From: Rotaria socialis
Lineage: Eukaryota
Direction of reading: 5' to 3'
Length of the DNA stretch: 64,000 bases
NCBI GenBank assembly: GCA_905331295.1
Contig: CAJNYD010000014.1
Location: forward strand, 248,001 to 312,000
In this document: positions 59,801 through 64,000 of the stretch, piece by piece
How the letters are laid out: every line of letters begins with the position of its first letter
Position numbering within the stretch: the stretch's first letter is position 1
The notes under the pieces: generated by a model
Seen by the model: the letters and a program-made list of their open reading frames with translations, nothing else
What the model was told of the DNA's origin: nothing
Database searches by the model: none
Translations under genes and position numbers: made by a program

Positions 59801-60360
59801 AAACCATCATGCAAGTTCCATATTTAAACTTCTACGCGATAAACGTCATAATATTTGGTCGAATATGGATAAAAATGAATATCGAACATTTCGTTCATTG
59901 GTTATATCACTTGTTTTAGCAACTGACATGGCAAATCATGCTTCATTAGTTGAACGCATGTCAACATATTTCTTTTTCAAAGAAACAAATTCAGCTACAG
60001 CATTACCTGATTCTAAAACTCTACTACAGACATTGTTACATGCAGCCGACATATCAAATGCAACGAAGCCATGGCCTATTTATGTACAAGCAGTGGAAAA
60101 AATAATGGAAGAATTTTTTATTCAAGGAGATCTAGAAAAAATCTATTGTGAAGATGATAAACCAACATTCGATAGGGACTCGACCGATATTGTTCAATTA
60201 CAAATGAGTTTTATCACACATATCGTTAATCCCATAGTTAGTTTGATTCTTTTGTTTTTAGTTAATGAAAATTACTTTCTCAATTTTAGTTTGATGTTTT
60301 ATCAAAAGTTCTACAGATTGATTGTCTTGATCATAAACAAAAAGAATCATCATCATCAGC

Positions 60361-60392
<32 letters not shown>

Positions 60393-60604
60393 CTAAATTA
60401 CCATGGCAGTATGATTTACAATTAAATTTAGAAACATGGAAACAAGTAGCAAAAAGCGGTGATGTACAAAAATTAATTATAGATAAAAAACCGTTAAAAT
60501 TAGATCTCATATATTTACAAGAATATGTTGAAAAAGCTGAAAAAATTTTGAAAAAACGTTCACAGCATGATCTTTTACTCGCTTGCACGCTCACATCATC
60601 ATGA
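56821..60604 (+). CDS. PDE1: Class I cyclic nucleotide phosphodiesterase, PDE1 (Ca/calmodulin-dependent)-like
   Basis: WLEQTFS...RFESIKAVIQASSFV resembles the PDE1 N-terminal segment. Catalytic motifs PYHNDFHGADV, AAAVHDYEHPG, YNDFSVLENHH, LVLATDM, LHAADISNATKPW, EEFFIQGDLEK, QMSFI are present. Confidence 0.87.
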
Positions 60605-61069
60605 TGTTTTCTTGTTTACAATTTGCTGTCTTGTTTCTTTTTGTTTTCTAGTCATAAATATATTTTTCTTCGTGTTTTATTATAATTATATATTTTTTTT
60701 CAACAAAGAAGAAAATCATCAAAACAAAATTTGATTGGAATTTTAAATAAAACAAGGTCTTCATATCATGCAAATGTGATAAAGAAGGAAAAAGAAAAAG
60801 AAAAAAGAATAACTATTGCAGTAAGAGTTATATTTACCGTCTGTCATACATGTTTTTCATCTCTGATGCTTTCAAGCATACCAAAAAGCTCACTGAAAGA
60901 ACTGTTAGTTAATGAAAGAAAAAAACCTTTTTTTACTCATCCTGGTTTTCCTCCTTAATCTAAAGTTTTCCTATAGCTTCAACGAGTTTATTTCATTTTC
61001 TTATTTCTATCTTGAAAATTGCACATCGCATAACTAGCTTTTTCCATTTGGACAGCATTCAACAAAAAC

Positions 61070-61884
61070 ATGAGTGTAAAAACATTTGGCTCATATTCAT
61101 TGTCCACGACAAGATTGGTTCTGGTTCTAATATGTCTTGTTGAATACGTTCAAATAGTGAATATTTACATAAGTAATCTCTCGTTTTCTGATTATATTAA
61201 ATTCTTTTAGTCAAATGGCTACGTATTTTGTGGATACTATCGGGCAAATAGTCCATGGCCTTACTTAAAACAGTTAAACCTATTCATACCTATTATTCTG
61301 AAACTCGTCAGTAAAAACCCTTTTTTCAAAATTTTGTTTTAGGTGCCCATTTATTTGCTGCCCTTTAACAGCAGACACACAAGAAAATACAGCTTGTTGC
61401 AATATGACAATTGCACAGTCACCACTAACAACAACAATCACAATATTTGGACACCATTGGTGGACTTTGTAAATAAAATTGTTTTCGTAAGAGACCTTTT
61501 TCTAAATTAAATTTTTTAATTTTAGTTTACTTTTCATTTTGTGCTTTGTCCTAGCATTCATATTATTAATTCATATAAATAAACGTTTGCACGTATTTAA
61601 TCATTGGAAACATTTTAGTAAGTACCTATTAATGAAATTGTTTTTTTTTCTTCTAGGTTGGCTTCTCTCTATTCTTTTTCTCATTTATAGATGCAACAAT
61701 TAATCCTTCAGCAGCATTTACAATTTCAGCAAATGATTCAAACAGCTATACGATTGAGAAGGATTCCCCTAAAGATGATACAATTATTTTAGAGCAACAT
61801 CCGCCATGTTATAATGATGCAACTACATCAAATCTACCTCCCTACACATCAGTTTACCCACTGAAAAAAGCAGACTTGAAATAA
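61070..61884 (+). CDS. Single-pass membrane protein with 6-Cys ectodomain and PY motifs (Shisa-like, WBP1/VOPP1/CYYR1 group), 5 exons
   Basis: Spliced: signal peptide; VFC...QCPFICC...TACC; TM WWTFLLFILCFVLAFILLI; tail with PPCY and LPPY, ending KKADLK*. Confidence 0.72.
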
Positions 61885-62141
61885 ATAGGTTTTTTCCATA
61901 TAATGTATGTGCACAAAAACAAGAAAAACAAGCATTCAAAGACAGACAGAAACGAAAAGAAGATTATTGCAATGCCAAAAAAAAGAGAAAAAAAACGAGA
62001 GACAGAGAGGTGTGCATGTGTGTGTGTGTATTGAATATGATGAAATGCCATTAATAAACAAAAAAGAAGAGAGAAAAATTTTTTTTTTCTTAATTTTTAT
62101 CAGTTCATTGAGATTCAATTTTGCGACTGTATTAAAATAGT

Positions 62142-64000
62142 TCAAGAATTAATTGGCGATGATATATCTTCATCATCTTCGGATTGTATTGATTGTGAAC
62201 AACTATCAGGTTGTTCTTCCTGGTGTATTGTATCCTCTTCATCGACATTCGTTCGCTGTAATGATGAATTTGTTGTTGATGTTGTTGTATGTGTTGATGA
62301 AACTGATGATGAACGACGTTGATTTACACTTGAATTATTTGTTTGACAATTATTTGTATTGGGTGGCAATAAACGTTGAAATAAATCCATTGTATGTTGT
62401 TGATGAAATGCAGCGGCTACAGCGGCTGCTGTTGCTGCTGCATTGTTCATTAGTTGTGTTTGATTTGATGATGTTGATGATTGAATAGGATAATCATTTA
62501 ATGATGCGTCATCATCACCCGATAGGTCTTCTAAAGGTAAACCACGTTCATGTTTTGTTAAATGTCGTTCAAGATTTATTTGTTGAGCAAAACGACGATC
62601 ACATAGATGACATGGAAATTTCTTTTCTCGATTATGAATATTTCGAATATGTCGTTGAAGATTAGATGAAATTGAAAATGATCGTTCACAATATTTGCAA
62701 CGATATGGCTAAAGCAAAAAGAAGATAAAGTTTAATAAACAAATCTCATTAACCAGAAGAAAGAAAAAACACACTTGTTCGCCTGTATGTGTTCGTAAAT
62801 GTCGAGTTAAATTTGCCGAACGTGGAAATACTTTTCCACAATAAGAACATGTGTATTTATCCTTATTATTTAAACGAGTATTGAAATATTGTAATTTATT
62901 TGCTGTTTGATGATGTTGCCAATTATCAAATGGATTATTAGTACTAATATTGTTGTTATTAGCATTAATATTATTATTATTATTTTTTGTTGCTGTTGTT
63001 GATGTGGCTGTTGTTGTTGTTGTTGATGATGATGATGATGATGATGATGTTTGAGGAAATGATGATATACTTGTTGATTGTTGATGATAAAATGTATTTA
63101 AATGTTTAATCATATCGAATTTAAAATTTGATTTTGTATTTTTAACATGATTTAATAATGAATCAACGTCATATTTTGATGATGAAAATTTTTGTTGATT
63201 TGATTCTGTTTGAATAATTGCAGGTGATTTTATATCACGTTCCGGTGATGATGATGATTTGGATGTTATAGGTGATTGATCAAAACGAGATTTTTTAACA
63301 CTTAAATCAAGTGGAATATCTTCATTATTGTTACGTTTACTAGGTTGCTCTTGTTTTGGACTATTGGATTTTGGTGTTGAAGAATTTGTTTTTTCTTCGA
63401 TTGAATTAGCTGGGGATAAATCATTGGAATTTGTTGTTGATGACGTTGGAAATGGATGAGAAAAGAATGGAGATAATGAACCATTAAGAAATGGATTCAT
63501 TGTTGCCAAACGTGGTAAATAAGGGAGTAGTGAATATGGAAAATTTGAATTCCATAACCAATTATTCATTTGTTCTTTATTTAAAGACATTGTTGGAAGA
63601 GGAGGAGGTGGCAGTGGTGGGGGCGGTGCTGCTGATGTTGGAATTGATAAAGGAGATTTTGAAGATGAATGGTTAAATGAAGTTATATCTCCGCAGAAAC
63701 GTCTAGATTTTTAAAAAGAAGAAAAAAAGAAACGAAAAGAAAATGAATGCCTTTTTTTCTTCAATTCTTTATGTTATCTTTACCGATGTTTATTAAGTGC
63801 AGCACTGTTCGAAAACGTTTGTCCACAAAATCTACATTTAACTTGTGTACGACAATCAGCATGCATTCGTTTATGTCGACAAAGATTGGAGAATTGTGTA
63901 TATGATTTAAAACAAACTTCACATTGAAATGGTTTTATTGATGAATGAATATGCATATGTTGTTTTAAACCACTTGTTGTAGCAAAAGATTTTCCACATT
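62142..64000 (-). CDS. MECOM: EVI1/MECOM/PRDM16 (hamlet/egl-43) zinc-finger transcription factor, 5' truncated by window edge
   Basis: [49 protein letters not shown]; CtBP-binding [58 protein letters not shown]. Confidence 0.94.

Overview
This is AT-rich eukaryotic (animal) genomic DNA with dense genes broken by many short GT-AG introns (mostly about 50-80 nt). The style fits a bdelloid rotifer, but that is inference only. Because the ORF track ignores introns, I spliced the gene models by hand. In order: 3' part of an SLC46-like MFS transporter, SLC35F6, a carboxypeptidase A-type M14A peptidase with a 7-nt micro-exon, an orphan mucin-like protein, a short CCDC85-like gene (-), AP1G1, cytosolic Hsp70 with a heat-shock element, LRRC69-like (-), a 1.1-kb TA-flanked foldback palindrome, a RING/multi-zinc-finger gene (-), and a 100-N gap. 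After the gap come the 3' end of an NLRC3/ribonuclease-inhibitor-type LRR gene, a divergent Pitx-like K50 homeobox gene, SLC52 riboflavin transporter (-), an orphan two-domain Cys-rich surface protein (-), srGAP (-) with a candidate alternative first exon, a MITE, a PDE1-like phosphodiesterase, a Shisa/WBP1-like 6-Cys membrane protein, and the 3' part of MECOM/PRDM16 (-). The best candidate for an undescribed system is the LRR gene at 28.6-31.7 kb. It is built from one-repeat-per-exon, 84-nt phase-0 cassettes with variable binding-face residues, a decayed pseudo-exon, and signs of exon-plus-intron duplication. No rRNA, tRNA or CRISPR array was recognised.
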